From: Phoronis australis
Lineage: Eukaryota > Animalia > Phoronida
Assembly (NCBI GenBank): GCA_002633005.1
Contig: NMRA01000324.1
Location: 441,891 to 505,890 of the forward strand
Length of the DNA: 64,000 bases
Reading direction: 5' to 3'
Below are positions 37,145 through 50,387 of the stretch, one piece after another. The notes under the pieces were generated by a model, which did not search any database, was not told where the DNA came from, and saw only the letters and a program-made list of their open reading frames with translations. A program made the translations under genes and the position numbers. Each line of letters opens with the position of its first letter. Position 1 is the first letter of the stretch.

Positions 37145-39795
37145 TTTTTTACGTGAACCAGTGCATACAAATGTTTTCGGTGAACATATGTTGTGACTAA
37201 AAATATCAGAAGAAAAAATCTAAGCAAACAATGTGACCGCTTTTTTCAGTCCGGTCAGAAAGATTACTATTGGTTACAACTTTGAATTATGTGACAAACT
37301 GACAGAAAGGTAGAGGCATTGCTTTGAGATCTACAAGCTCACCGTTTCAAGGGGTGATTAATTTTCACCGCCCCTGTTCTGTCAGCCTGTTTCCCTCTTG
37401 ACGAATTTTGGAAGTACATGTAATGTTTTTGTTGACAATGCAATTGTCAGGTCGGCTTCCACTGGTCTCTGCCAATAATCACAATGACAAGATTTTTAGT
37501 CGACACCTATGTAGTCACGTGACATGTTATTTCACTGTATCTCTTAGGCGATGCTCCCCCTGGTCGCTGGCTACAAACCTAAGATACATTTTAAGCTTTG
37601 ATAAAGCCATATATCATTTTTCTATTCAATCGGCCTGTAGAAAAATGTCATGTACTGTTAAATTTCATAAAACAGTACAGCATTAGTGTATGACTCGGGC
37701 CAAAGTCTTTACATTTAAATATCAGACTATGACCTTAAGTACCAGATTTTATGGTACCATGATACTTTTAATGCTCTCGTGCAGATGTATGTGAGTGTGT
37801 ATTACCATGTCTGTTTGGGCGTCATGCCTTTTGTGAGTAAACCTAAGTTTATTTGTTCCAATTGTTTGCATTTATCTAATACTTGTTATGTGCCCATATA
37901 ATTGTATGATTCAGGGCGGTGAGTGTGTTCCTATTACAGAAAGCATTTCTTCCTTGATTTTGAGTCTTGGAGTCTATTTTCACTTTACTAGCATTGCACC
38001 CCATAGTGGGAATGTTTCAAATAATGATAATCCCTTGTATCTCTGCACCAGGCGATGCATGTATTGCTTTCCAATCAACACTTGCTGGTGCTCTTGTTAT
38101 TATAATTTTGCATTACAATGTGTGCGTTATAGGGTGTTTTCTGTGGCGCTATTGCACTTCGAGCTGGTAGGGTGTTGCTAGTCGGCATTGTGGCTTACCT
38201 TTATTTAGACACTTGTAAATTTTTGGCATTGTTCACACAATGTGCCTTTTGAAATTGACATGCAAGGTCAATGAAAGTAGTTCTTTGTGAACACTGCTGT
38301 TAGTCAAACAAGTTTGTCAATTTGCATTTGTAAGTAAACAGTTTAGCAAAGGGGTTCTAATTTTGCCTGAGAATAAGTTTGTTTAATTACTCACTTTGGA
38401 TGTTGAATGGCCTAACCCAAACATATTTTTATGGGCCAACTTTTTTATCTGCATGCATTTGCCAATCTATGCCTTATGAAAGTAATTGTAGGCATTGTGG
38501 TTAAAATTACCTTATAAATGAGTCGATGGCCGCCCTCAATTCTGCCTCTGATAAAACATTAGAAGGACCAGCATCAAATGTCTTTCTATAGATTAGAGCA
38601 CGGTTGACAATTGATATTTTTGTGGCACCCTCATTCAAATTTAATGTTTTCGGGATATTGAATTAACGGTTTTGATTTGCAGTGATATAATGGAAGGTGC
38701 ATGTTTTGTGATGATATGGAATGATTAGCTCTAGAAGCATATACCTTCACATAATGTACATGCAACATGTCGAAATTTATTTGAACACAATATTCGTTAA
38801 TGAATTCTCAACTAAGAACACAACAGAGGAAAAGTACACAACATTGAACCTGCTTTAGGTAAATATAGAACCTTAGAGAAATTTAGTTTTGGTCATCTTC
38901 AGAATATCTTTTCTCATAAATGGCTGATTGGATTCAGTTGAAGCTTTCATATAGTTTGCTTTATGCAATGAAGTTCTCCTAACACTGTTGAAATGTTTTC
39001 GAAATGGTTCACTAGGAATGTTTATAATATCCAAAAATTAATTTATGTGATCTTTATGAAAAATGAGGCGGCTTGAAACGGAACTATAATTTAAGAACAA
39101 ATATTATTTGGATTTTATTTTGTAATTGATTCTGTCGTCTGCTATGACATACCTTTCAGTTTTTGCTAAATTTTACTGAAAAACATGGTCAAATGACCAA
39201 ATTAAACGCAGGTTGGTATGAAGTAAAAAATCTAATTATACGGAATTATTTCAGTAAGTGTTTACTTATGACTTATTATAGTTCGGTAGCAGCCCTTCCT
39301 CGCAACAAAGTTGATTGAAGGCACGACTGTACTTTTTGTTACACAGCTTAGTGTATACTCGTTCCTAGACTCTATAAAGTCACGTAACCTTGACATGAAA
39401 AACAACCCTAGTCGGGAAAGATTGAGACCAGTAGCCAAATGTAACGTTGGTTATCAATTCACGTGTCAAATGGCAGATTGTCTATGTTCAAATTATCTTG
39501 AATATCGTTGGACATAAGGCATGTTCCCTCTCCCGACGGTTGTTCATACATTTGCAGGGCGGATCCCTTCAATATCATTTTTACACCAACATTTATGTCA
39601 CTGCTACTTCACTCCACGCCTGAAATAGGAGCTTGTATAGACTACGAACTAGTATACATTAATCTGTCTAACAAAAGTACAGTTGTGTCTTCAACCAAGT
39701 TTGTTATGTTGAAAAGTTTTATTAATGGTTATAGTAGATATTTGGTGAAATGTATATACTAGATGTAAGGTTCTACACAACCTTATTTAAAAAAT

Positions 39796-41820
39796 CTATT
39801 GCTCAGTTGCTACCTCACTGGGTGAGAAAAATGTTGATATGTCTATATTGAAATCTTTTTGCAAGTTCATGACCAAATTGAGCTTCTTCAGTTCAAGCAC
39901 TTCTATATTGAGTTTCAGGCGCTTGTTGTCCATTTTCAAATTTTCAAGTATAGCGTCGTCTATTTCATCCTTCCTTGTTTTGCTTGACTTTGGTTTGCTG
40001 TAAACTGAAATGAAAATCGCACATTACCAATAAGGATCATATGAAGTTTTGGTTACTTCCTTTTAGGAACACTTGTTCAGTTCATTTTAGACCATTTCTA
40101 AATCTCGCAGGTCTGTGTTAGTTTACGTCTGTTATGTAGTTCACACCTTTGTTGTTTTCATTGTTCCACCTTTCAATTGTAATTCTAATTGTTCATGCAT
40201 GTTATCCAATAAACAGTTTGCGTCAGACTACTGTTGAAAATCAAAGCGTTGTTTTAGTGGGAGTGTTCATAGTTGCTTATACTTGTAAGCACAAATGTCC
40301 TACCCACTTGAGCGCTAGCATGTTAATAAGTAATCAAGGTTAATTACTTCTTTTCTGGCTGATCACTGGCTCTATCTCATCTTCGTCACTGTCTGGAAGA
40401 TTGAAAAGTAATCGTTAACCTTTGAAGTACTTTCAGCATAGCGAATTGTCGCAAATTACAAAAATGTCAACATTTTGGAAAGTAACTAATTTATTAATGG
40501 CTACCAACAACCGTCATACCTTTTGCATCATCCCCGCTGTGTTCAGTCATGCCAAGATCTGGAAAATTCAAACGTAGAATAGAACATGCGATTTAAAGTC
40601 AATCATTCAGTGGAAAAGTCAACACATAGGTGTAATGTATCTAGAGGCGGATCTACGGGGTTCAGCTGATTCAACCCCCCCGTCGGGACAAGATCGAAAA
40701 TAAAAAAAAATTAAAAAACGCCAGAAAAATGAAATCAGCTACTAAAGACCAAAAAATCTTACACGGAAGGAGGTTTTCCAACCTTCTCTGCCGTATGCGC
40801 CTCGGATTCACGCGAATCCTCACCTCCCCCTACTGAAAACGTAGATCTGCCACTGTGGTTATTTATTTTACAAGTGTCGGGCATAAACAATAATTTGCAT
40901 TTGACGCAAAACAAAACCACTCACCATCTGTTTCAAAACCTCCCTGGATGCCAGAGACTTCAACCCTTTCATTGAAGTGAGCCAAAATGGCCTCGTCTCT
41001 GGCATCCAAGTCTTTTGCAGGTGGCCCACCGCCGGTCTTTTTGGCACTCTTCTTAAGTTCATCAATTTTTGATTTAGCTGTGGGATGAATTAAACGAAGG
41101 ATAGTTAACTCAAATTACATTAATGATCTGCGCTGGAGTGTCTGAACCCATGATTTACATCGTAGAAACCGGCGGCACTACAGAACCCCCCCCCACTAGA
41201 CATGGAGTACTTGGAAGTATATTTAGTGTTAACGGAAGGGAGTGGGAGTCAATGTTGTGAAGTATAACTAGGAAATTATAAAATGCAATTACAATATGCA
41301 TACCAAATAAATTTGGATAATATACAAAAAATACACTCTGACTTTTAGGTAGGCATTCATATTTTCACGTAAATTATTAAACGTAACAGGAAGTCAACTA
41401 ACAAACAGCAATTATCTTATTTCAAAATTGCTTACATCTTTGCTTTAGGTTTTGAAATTTTTTCCTACATTCCTCTGGCGACCTTTTGGTCGTGAACTGG
41501 CTGAAATTAAATGAATACAGTAAATCAAATTCTGGACAAACTGAAATTAACAGTGTCATTCAAACTATATAATATGTTCACTAATGTGTATATCGCACTG
41601 TGCGCACTGAAACTCACCTACTTATGAATTTGGCCACCACTTCCCACCCCGACCTTTTTTTGGCTGCCGATTTTATAGCTCCTGACCCCCGATGGTCTCC
41701 GAATAACGTGCTTTCCATGGCCATGACCTTTTCTATAAGGGAAGTTTCTTCTGCGGTTGTCCACAGGCGTCGTTTGGCAGATGCGATGGCTTGACTGTTC
41801 GATGGTGTAACGTTTTCCAT
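39796..41820 (-). CDS. Harbinger Myb/SANT-like DNA-binding protein, 237 aa; predicted exons 41820-41618, 41500-41436, 41077-40925, 40558-40520, 40392-40348, 40004-39796
   Basis: All introns GT-AG with compatible phases, 714 nt open to TAG. KRRLWTTAEETSLI..KKRSGWEVVA..KRSPEECRKKFQNLK..KTGGGPP matches Myb_DNA-bind_5-type domains; acidic linker; C-terminal coiled coil (LENLKMDNKRLKLNIEVLELKKLNL). Confidence 0.88.
40642..40855. mobile_element. MITE of the same family as 56095-56327 (inverted), inside Myb gene intron 3
   Basis: AGAGGCGGATCTAC ... GTAGATCTGCCACTG; the interior resembles the reverse complement of 56095-56327; no clean TSD. Confidence 0.75.
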
Positions 41821-44530
41821 GCTAAAAGACAGTTGTCATCCGTGATAACCATTCTAATAAATTGTTACTTCAGTTATGTCTCACGTAAAAAACCCGACGA
41901 TTCGCATGCTATTTTGAATGACAACCTGATCGAGCCCATTTTCCACGGTGTTGTGCATTTGAAACCATGGCAACATAGTGCATTTTTCCTAACTGAGTTA
42001 TTAACGTTTTGCGAACCCCACGAAATATCCACAGTTTGCTACATTTGGAAATATATTAACTTTGAAATGGATAATCGGACTCAAATGAATTTTCAGTAAG
42101 TTCGATTTATGCCACTCAACGACGCAATAAGGGATTGGTTTTAAGTGTTTTTCAAGTTTTCGCCAAGTGCTATTAAACGATGGTTTTTGATTTTTATGAT
42201 TTTTTTATACCAAAGTAGTTTAATGTTGCAAAACGCAAAACCGTCGACGGAAGCAACTATGTATTTTCAAACCTTTCGATGTAAGCCTAGTATAGAACAC
42301 ATGACAACCGTACAGTTAAACCGTTTACTTGGCGACCCCTAGTACAGAAGCGCTGGTTAACTAAGAAGTTCAAAGCGAGGAGTTGAGCAGAAGACATGGG
42401 ACACTGACGGAGCGCTGGCCAAAATAACGGTGGCTTTTGGGTTTAAAAACGTATCTTTTCCCGTAATTTGGCAACAAAAGGGTTGTCGTTTGCTCAAACA
42501 CTGGAAAGGTTTTCGATCCGAAACTGTTTAGGTAAGGTGAGCCTACTTTGCTTTCCGTTTATAACTTTTCACTAATACCACACTACTTTATGAATCAATG
42601 TGAACGGTTTCTCTGTATATTGACCTCGTTGTATGCAATATCACTCAAATACTTACATTTTTGGCTGGTGTGACTTTTCCACTCAAAAGCAGACGATCAC
42701 GTAGTAGAGGGCGCACTTCTCGCAGAATTTTTTTTTTATGCAATTCACAACACAGGAGAGTTCCTTGGTAACTCGAGTACGATTTCTCTAGTAAACTCGA
42801 TTTCGAGTCGACTCGAAAGTGAACATTGGGCACGCAATTTCGAGTTCGACTCGACTGAGACAGATTTCGAGTAGAAATTTTCGAGTCCGAGTTCGAGTTC
42901 TAGTCTGACATTAGGCACCGGGCCCTGGTTTCGCTTCATTATAAGTTCTTAGATGTTTGATACCGAAAAAAACAGAATTTCACAAGAAATTGTTCAGCTG
43001 CCAAGCTATCATCTCCCGAGAGATGTCAAAAAAATTAGGAAATGGCGCGTGCGCGTGACACGAGCGTACTGTTTTCAAAACGACGACATACTTTTCATTG
43101 TTAGAAACGGCGGAGAGTTACGCAAGAAAATGACGTTTATTTCATCGTTTTTCACTTAATAGGCTGTAATGGGCAAGGTGAGTGTCGGTTGATTTCCTGA
43201 TTTGGCATGCACCCCGTCCGGTCTTTAGCTTTACATGTTGATACAAGTTTCACGGCGCGGTGACGAGCAGAATTGCCCTGGCTGCGTGCATTTTCGGGGT
43301 TTACTGAAGAAATACACACAGTGATATCTAGCTGTCTTTTGACGACTGTCTTCATAAAGCTAGCTGGTTGGCTACCTGAACCCTTGTTTTGTGTAAATTT
43401 TTTGAGTTTTGCGTTTTGATATCGACGGCTGTATTGAACAAGTGAAGCATCGATGAAATTTTTGGTCCCGAATGTCATACTTTGTGGTGTATATTGATAG
43501 TGTATTGGTTACGATACGAATCTTAGGATGACTGTGAGATGTACCACAGGCGTCCGCAGCCTCTGGGTCTGATTGTCTCAAATACACTATGAAACTAAAA
43601 GGTCTGGCACTCCGCTTTTGAGAAGATTTTTGTGTGAAATGAAGTACTCATGGAGTTTCTAGTTCCGAGTGTCATGCCTTGTGGTAACATATAGTGTATT
43701 GAGGATGATCAGAAGTTGAGGATGCCTCTGATTTATAACACAGGCCGACGAATTTCCCAATGACTAATAAGTTAACCATACAATGTAAGAAAAATAAAGG
43801 TTGGACAATAAAATTTTGCCAAGCTTAGGCTCCTAGCTTCAACTGTTCTAAATCCAACTAAAATCTGTGTGCACCTCCTTCAAACAGGTAATACATAAAC
43901 AAGAATATTCCTGACATTTAAACCTGTGGTGCCCCTGATGATGAAAAGTGTTTCTTTTTCAAAACGTTGTGTCTGTAGTTTAGTGGTATTATATGAAACA
44001 GAAACCATAGGGCATTGAAAATTAGAACACAGTTATGCTCACGTAAATTTTGTAAACAGGAATGGTAATTAACAATTAAATATCGGAAAATGTTAACGGC
44101 CTGTTCACTCATTTTAATGAAATCTGCAACTTCTACATTACCCGTATGTTGTACGTCTGTAAGTTGAGTAATAGAATCTTGCATTTTTGGAAGGGTTAGT
44201 TTTAAAAGATGCACCTGGGGGTGTCACTACTGCAATATACTTGTGCCCTCTTTGTATGCACTAATAGCCCAAATGCGCATCCAGGAATATCCCTGCATAA
44301 ACATCAGAAGCTTTCTTTCCTTGAACCCATTGAATTGTCCATGTGGTGAATAATGAATTGGTTCCGCAATATTCATTACAAACAAAAAAGTCTGAAATCA
44401 AGGAGGCTCAATAGTTAACATGGCGGATTTCACTTGTGCATTAACTTGTACGACTGTCGAAGGTAACATATTGAAGTTATGCAATCAACCATTGTGTCAA
44501 AATCAAGAAATGTGTCTGCAATATATACAT

Positions 44531-45436
44531 CCATTTACGTGTGTAACTTGCTTCATCTTAAAGCTCATTTTATCAATTAAAATAAACATAGAATTTAATT
44601 GCAAGAACCTATTGGGTGTTTTTTATTGATATTATAAACTACCTCTTGTTAGAAGCGAAACGAACAATTGGCTTTGGTGGAGATTTCTAATGTCACACCA
44701 TACGTTTAGTTGCAGGAAATTATAATGTAGCTATCGGTAACTGCCGGTTTTCGGAATAATCCTAAGTTAGTGACTCTTCGGTTTGAAACAAAAGCTATTT
44801 TACAAACCCAGAGTTTAAATACGTCCATAGCGACATTAAATTATATAATGAACACTCAATTAACTTTCGTGCTCAGGCTAAAACAGAGCTTCGGAATTGC
44901 TTCAGTAGTCTATGATCAATGCAGATGTGTACGAATGCCGTGAACGTCAAAAATAACCTTGATAGGTTTCAACATTTGTGTTTGCAAATTACCAGACTTC
45001 CATTTTCGTGTAATTTGCTTCAACTTATAGCTCATTTTTCACTTATTAGTAACTTCCAATTTAAATGCAAGAACCTACCCAGTGTTTAATCTTCACTTTA
45101 TGGACTACTCTTGTTTGCAGCGCAACCAACACTTGGCTTTGGTGGAGATTTCTGATGTCAATCCATGAATAAAGTTGCAGGAAATTACCTGCCGATTTTC
45201 GCAATAATTCTTCTTCGGTTTTAAACAAGGTTATGTTACAAACCCAGAGTTTAAGAACATTCATAGAGAAACTAGATTATTTAACAGACATTCAACTAGC
45301 ATTCGTGGGCAGGTTAAAGCAGAGATTCAGAACTCCTCCGGCACTGTCTATGAAAAATCCTAATGTGTACGAAGGTCGTATGCCATGGACGTCAAAAAAT
45401 AACCTTCATGGTTTTCAACATTATGTTTGCAAATCA
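44531..45436. repeat. Diverged tandem duplication, ~450-bp unit x2
   Basis: Shared colinear anchors AGCTCATTTT, GCAAGAACCTA, TTGGCTTTGGTGGAGATTTCT, ACAAACCCAGAGTTTAA and CGTCAAAAA.TAACCTT. Confidence 0.8.
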
Positions 45437-47126
45437 CTACTGAAAGGCAGCTTAATTTGATAAAGTGAAAGAAGGTATGCAAAGTTTTGCTTGATGCTGA
45501 TTTCGTTACGCTTCATGTACATTTGATGAGAAAATTCTGATCAAACCAATTTTAAAGTCCAACCTTTATATTGTATTGTGTGAGTGACGTCAGTTGTTAT
45601 CGAGCAACAAATAAACTAAAGTTTCTGGTTTGTATTTGCCAGTTTCGCGCCAGTATGATTCTGTTTGTTATTTTAAAATTATGATAACGAAATACCTCTC
45701 ACTAAGTAATTAAAAATAGCTCCTGATCTTCAGTTTTTATGAAACACCTGCTACTATAGAAAAGTTGAGAACATTGCTAGGCTGAGACACAAACCCTAAG
45801 GGTTCTAAAGGTACTTCCTACTGGTTCTAAACGGCTGTTCGTTTGGGGATTCCTCCTTGATGGATGTTTTTTTGTTTATTAGCGTAGCTTTTTTGGGTTT
45901 TCTCCATCAAATAGGTTAAGTACACAGTGTTTTCATAGTTTTTCTAGGGGTCAATGAAGTTGAAAAATTGCTTATGTGACCCGTTTCTCTCATGTAAAAT
46001 TGCTTTACTTAAGTTTGATTTCGACCTCCGAAACTGTGCTGTGGGGCTTTAAAAATGGTTATGAACTTCCATCTATTTATTATATGCCAAATTTACATGT
46101 TCTCACTCATTTTACATGTTTCGAAACGAAAGTTCATTGGCCCAAATATCAAAATCCAAAATAAAGATTTTATGAAACATGAACAATCCCAGTTTTGTTG
46201 CTGTGATCACTTCTTCAACAGCATCGTTGACCTTGTGCATCGTACAATATAAGCGGCAATCAGTCTCATCTTCAAGCCTCATAATGGCGCAGATCAGCTA
46301 AGCCATTTAATGCTTGCTTATGGGAAATCAAATGTGTCAGAAATTTTACGGGAATTGCCGGAGTATCACAAGTAATTTCGTAATCTTCTGCAGTTGATTT
46401 AAAAATGAAAACTAACGGTATATTGAAGCAATTTAAGTCTATTTTTTTCAAAAATGATGTATTTTGATTCAAAACTAGGTGAACACTATTCATCAGTAAA
46501 AATTAAAAATTAGTACAACCTTGATTTCAGACAATAACTAGAACAATGCCTTCTATTGCATGAATGGCGGAAATGTGAAAAAATAAGATCTGCCTTTGTT
46601 TTAATGACGCCATGACATTCGTAAATAGTTGCACAAAATGTATTTACCATAACCAAGTCCCAAACGGCTGAACTGATGAGCGCCATCTTCAGGCTTGGGG
46701 ACGAAGCTGACAAGGTCATATCAGTTTCATTTGTGTGTAAACGCACAACAAAACCGTCAATCGATGCTCATGAGAATTTTTGTAACAGATTGTGAAGTAT
46801 TTTTAAGAATCCTGAAACGGTAACGAAATTGACATATTGGGAAAAATGGATTGAATAAGTAGTCGCTTATGAAAATACTTATTTTAAGAAACTGAAGTCC
46901 AAACTGCCGTAATGGTTTTGTTGACATAGGTGAAACGATTACATACAGGTACCTAAACTACACGGTCAACGGACTCATAAACACGGCCCACGGACGCATA
47001 AACACGACTCACGGACCTGCAAACACCGTCCACTGACTCACAAACACGGGAACAGACTCACAAAACACGATCCACGCACCCAAATACGCGAGACTCGGAC
47101 TCATATTCACGAGGAATCACGGTTAA

Positions 47127-48754
47127 AGGCGAATGCCACCCGATTTAATTAGTCTTTTTTACCGTCTTAATCGGTCTATATCTACATCGCCTCTTCTACG
47201 GTAGACCTCACCTTCCCGAAAATTGTCGTGTTAACCTGTGAGAAAGGTGAAAAACGACGCAGCGACGTCAGTGGTTCGTCTGCAGAGTGAATGCCGCTAT
47301 ATTGCGGTCCATCGTGCCCGCTTGTCCGAACTATATAAGGCTGCGACGAAAGCGGGTATGTCGTTTTTTCGACTTCCTCGAGAGCCCGAAATGCTTAGGA
47401 AGTGGCTCGCGGTAGTGAAGACTGAAGGGTACGCTGTTTATAGCAAGTATGAGGCCATGAATCATCTCTGTGTCTGTGGCCGGCATTTCGTTGACAAGGA
47501 TTTCTCTGACGAATTCCGGCTTACCAAACAATTAGCCATCCGTTCCGTTGCCTTTGCATCAGTGTTCGCGGCGCCTCGTCTTTCTTGATCAGTGTATTCC
47601 GGTTCAAACTGATGTTCTGTGAAACCTAACGATCCTACCCGTGAAGTCTTCGTCGGATGAGCTCTTGACTAAGTCGGGATTGGCGCCGGGCGAGTTGTCA
47701 TGTAGACTTTTTTTATTCTGCGTTCTGTTTCAAAATGAATTATTCTCATTCTAACCAATGCTTATATAAAACCGAAACAAAGTCTGTCTCATTAGATACG
47801 ATTTGTAATGTCTTTGAGTGCTCGTGAGTGCAAATGTTTTGAGAAGCCAGCAATGAATAAACCACAAAGGTAATTGGGGCACCGAGCGCATGCTAATTCA
47901 GCAATGGCTGACAGAAAGCTGTTGTGAAACAATTACTCGATTTTACATGATATGGTAACATGTTAGGGGAATCTTTATTTAGAAATACAAATACATTCTT
48001 CAAATCATTGTTTTGTACAACCTTTGCCCTGGCGGTTCTGTGGAAGTGTAACCCGACTTCGCGGCCCCCCGACAAGTAAGTAGATTTTCAGTTTCGTGGC
48101 TAGTTCACATAAACCATTACATACACATTATTCCTTCGGCTCACTTTTATAGTCTTTTCGTGACTGGAGGTTTAGTTTCCAACTCAAGCTGGTTTATGTT
48201 CGTGCCATTCCCGGCGGCCGCGACGGGCCTCATCCGGGTCCGAGCCACTGGCCGGGATAACAAGACTTTTGTGTGTTTAGAACTAAAAAAATCACAAGTA
48301 TTAACAATACAGATCTAGGTTCTCTTGTCTGTATTCCACGGAAGAATATTTGAATTTATCTCCGAAAAGACCCCAAACTCCCGGCTGCTACGGGCCTTGG
48401 TTAATTGGCTTGCCGAACTTTGTAGGCTACGGTGTGTCCAAATACCAGTAAATGCGTAACAGCGAAACAAAACAACACGTTTTTATAAGAACTCGGTGTA
48501 TTTTTAAGTGTTTTGCATCGAATTTTGATGATTTATTGGTGTTAAACCATGAATACAAGTAAGAAGCCGACACCACTAACCCGTGTTTTGAACTGCTGAA
48601 CAGACTGCGTGTGAAACCAATTACGTCATTGGATAATTTCAACACCTCCGTCTGCCGTCAGGTGTCAGGTAGTGCAACCGAACGTGCCGTTTTCGAGTAG
48701 AACTACTCGATCTAATTTGATACAAAATAGGTTGTTTTTGGGTGGCATTCTCCT
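47127..48754 (+). mobile_element. Kolobok-like non-autonomous element carrying a THAP-domain remnant
   Basis: TTAA|AGGCGAATGCCACCC ... GGGTGGCATTCTCCT|cttct|TTAA; ORF 47238-47588 includes SFFRLP..LRKW..VCGRHFVDKDF. Confidence 0.75.
47291..47588 (+). pseudogene. THAP (C2CH) zinc-finger remnant
   Basis: THAP hallmarks FxxP, W and CxxHF..DF are present; the N-terminal Cys pair is out of frame or degenerate. Confidence 0.7.
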
Positions 48755-49595
48755 CTTCTTTAACGGACCGCCAAACACGGGTCACATACTTCCCAGCTTC
48801 CTGGGTCAGCTGACGTCACCATTTTGTCCGTAAATCGTGTTTGGCGGTCCGTTAACTGTGTTTCCTCGTGAATATGAGTCCCATGTCTCGTGTATTTGGG
48901 TGCGTGGATCGTGTTTTGTGAGTCCGTTCCCGTGTTTGTGTGTCAGTGGACGGTGTTTGCAGGTCTGTGAGTCGTGTTCCTGCGTCCGTGGGCCGTGTTT
49001 ATTGGTCCGTTAACCGTGTAGTTTAGGTACCTTGTACATGCATCTTGCAGATTATGCATTTCGTGTTGGAATGGTATATAGTGTCTTTCAGGATTTTTTA
49101 TTATGAATAACTAACTGGAAAATGTATAGTGGTGTCTGTGCGTACTCCAAGATACTAACCAGGCGCTGTTTTATTTCAGAGATTGAGATCAAGGAGCAAA
49201 GTAAGGGTAATACAAGCTTTATAGTGAAAGAGACAGGCAGCTGGTTCCGAAGCGCTGGCGACACGGAGGCAGGACGAAGACCGTGTGAAGCTGTCACTGT
49301 CGCCGCCCATTCCACTAACGAGCCCGAGACAGTTTTGGAAGAAATTATTTAAGTATTAAATTATTTTATGTAAGCTATACTGCTTCGTCCTCATTATCAT
49401 ATTGTTTGGATTCTCGGGTCAGTGACCCTCTTTGTTCTACGATTATTGGTTTAATTGTACCACGTGATCTCATCGTCCACAATTCTCTTCCAAATTTCAG
49501 TTTGCACTCAATTTCTCTTTGAAGTTTCAGCACTCTCCGTCTCTTCACCTCTTTAAGGTATTGTACCTTGTTTGCTGCTTCGTTCTGGACTAAAC

Positions 49596-50199
49596 ATGCC
49601 CCCTAGTTGTTTGATTTTGGGCAGTTCTTATGTGCGTTGGCTCGACGCCTATCTTAATTCGCCTGCGGCGACCGACCAGGGTTTGACCAATCTGGGTTTC
49701 CACGAGTCCTCTATCCATCAACTCCTTTGGGTTGTCCGGGGCCACACTTGCCCCTGGCCCTCGTTCCGTTCGCCATTTAACCCCAGTCATCGCCAAATTC
49801 TCGGCCACTTTAGTGTTCCTACAGATCGCCGGAAACGACCTGTCTCGTCCCCAGTCTCACTCTTTGTCCCTGGCCCGTGACCTAATTTGGTTTTCTGAGT
49901 CTATCCTCCAGTCTTACCCTTCTGTGCAGTCGGTCATCATCGGCATGGTGCTCCTCCGTTTCCACGATGCTGGCCGTTTTAATACGCGTTGCCAGTCCCT
50001 TAATTTTCACCTCAAACGCCTCCTCCCCGACCACCCCACAGTCTTCCTTTGGACCCATAAGGGCAGGTTCTTGAAAGACTCTTTACACCTTTATCCCCCC
50101 GACCTCATTCACCTTAAACCTTCAGGCATCCGCAAGCAAGCTCTCAGCGTCCGCTTCGCTTTCGGACATCACCTCCGCCGCCTGGGTCTCCTCTCGTAA
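49596..50199 (+). pseudogene. SGNH/GDSL-like hydrolase, one frameshift near 49715
   Basis: Block I CLILGSSYVRWL, block II GLSGATL, block III VFLQIAGNDL, block V PDLIHL. Confidence 0.85.
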
Positions 50200-50387
50200 T
50201 TGTCCCTTATCTCATAGCCCCAGTTACCGAGTTACTCCCTTGTGTATTTTCAGTATGCAAGTTCTTATCTTATTGCCCCATTCCTCGGCCCCGTTTCACA
50301 TCATCTTCTTTCATTATTCAGCTTATGCATTACTAATTTCAGGTGCGACTATCCGGTAACCCACTGGGTGTTTACTTCAGTTTACTA

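Larger units (their letters stand above)
30051..42924. mobile_element. Complete PIF/Harbinger DNA transposon (two convergent genes)
   Basis: 46-bp TIR GGCCCGGTGCCTAATGTC.GACT.GAACTCGAACTCGGACTCGAAA (2 mismatches); 3-bp TSD CTG at 30048-30050 and 42925-42927; transposase on +, Myb/SANT gene on -. Confidence 0.95.
46946..49034. mobile_element. Foldback MITE with ~200-bp TIRs, TA-flanked, left arm interrupted by an insert
   Basis: 46946-47126 plus 48764-48779 is the reverse complement of ~48836-49034; arms are built from AAACACG repeats. Confidence 0.88.
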
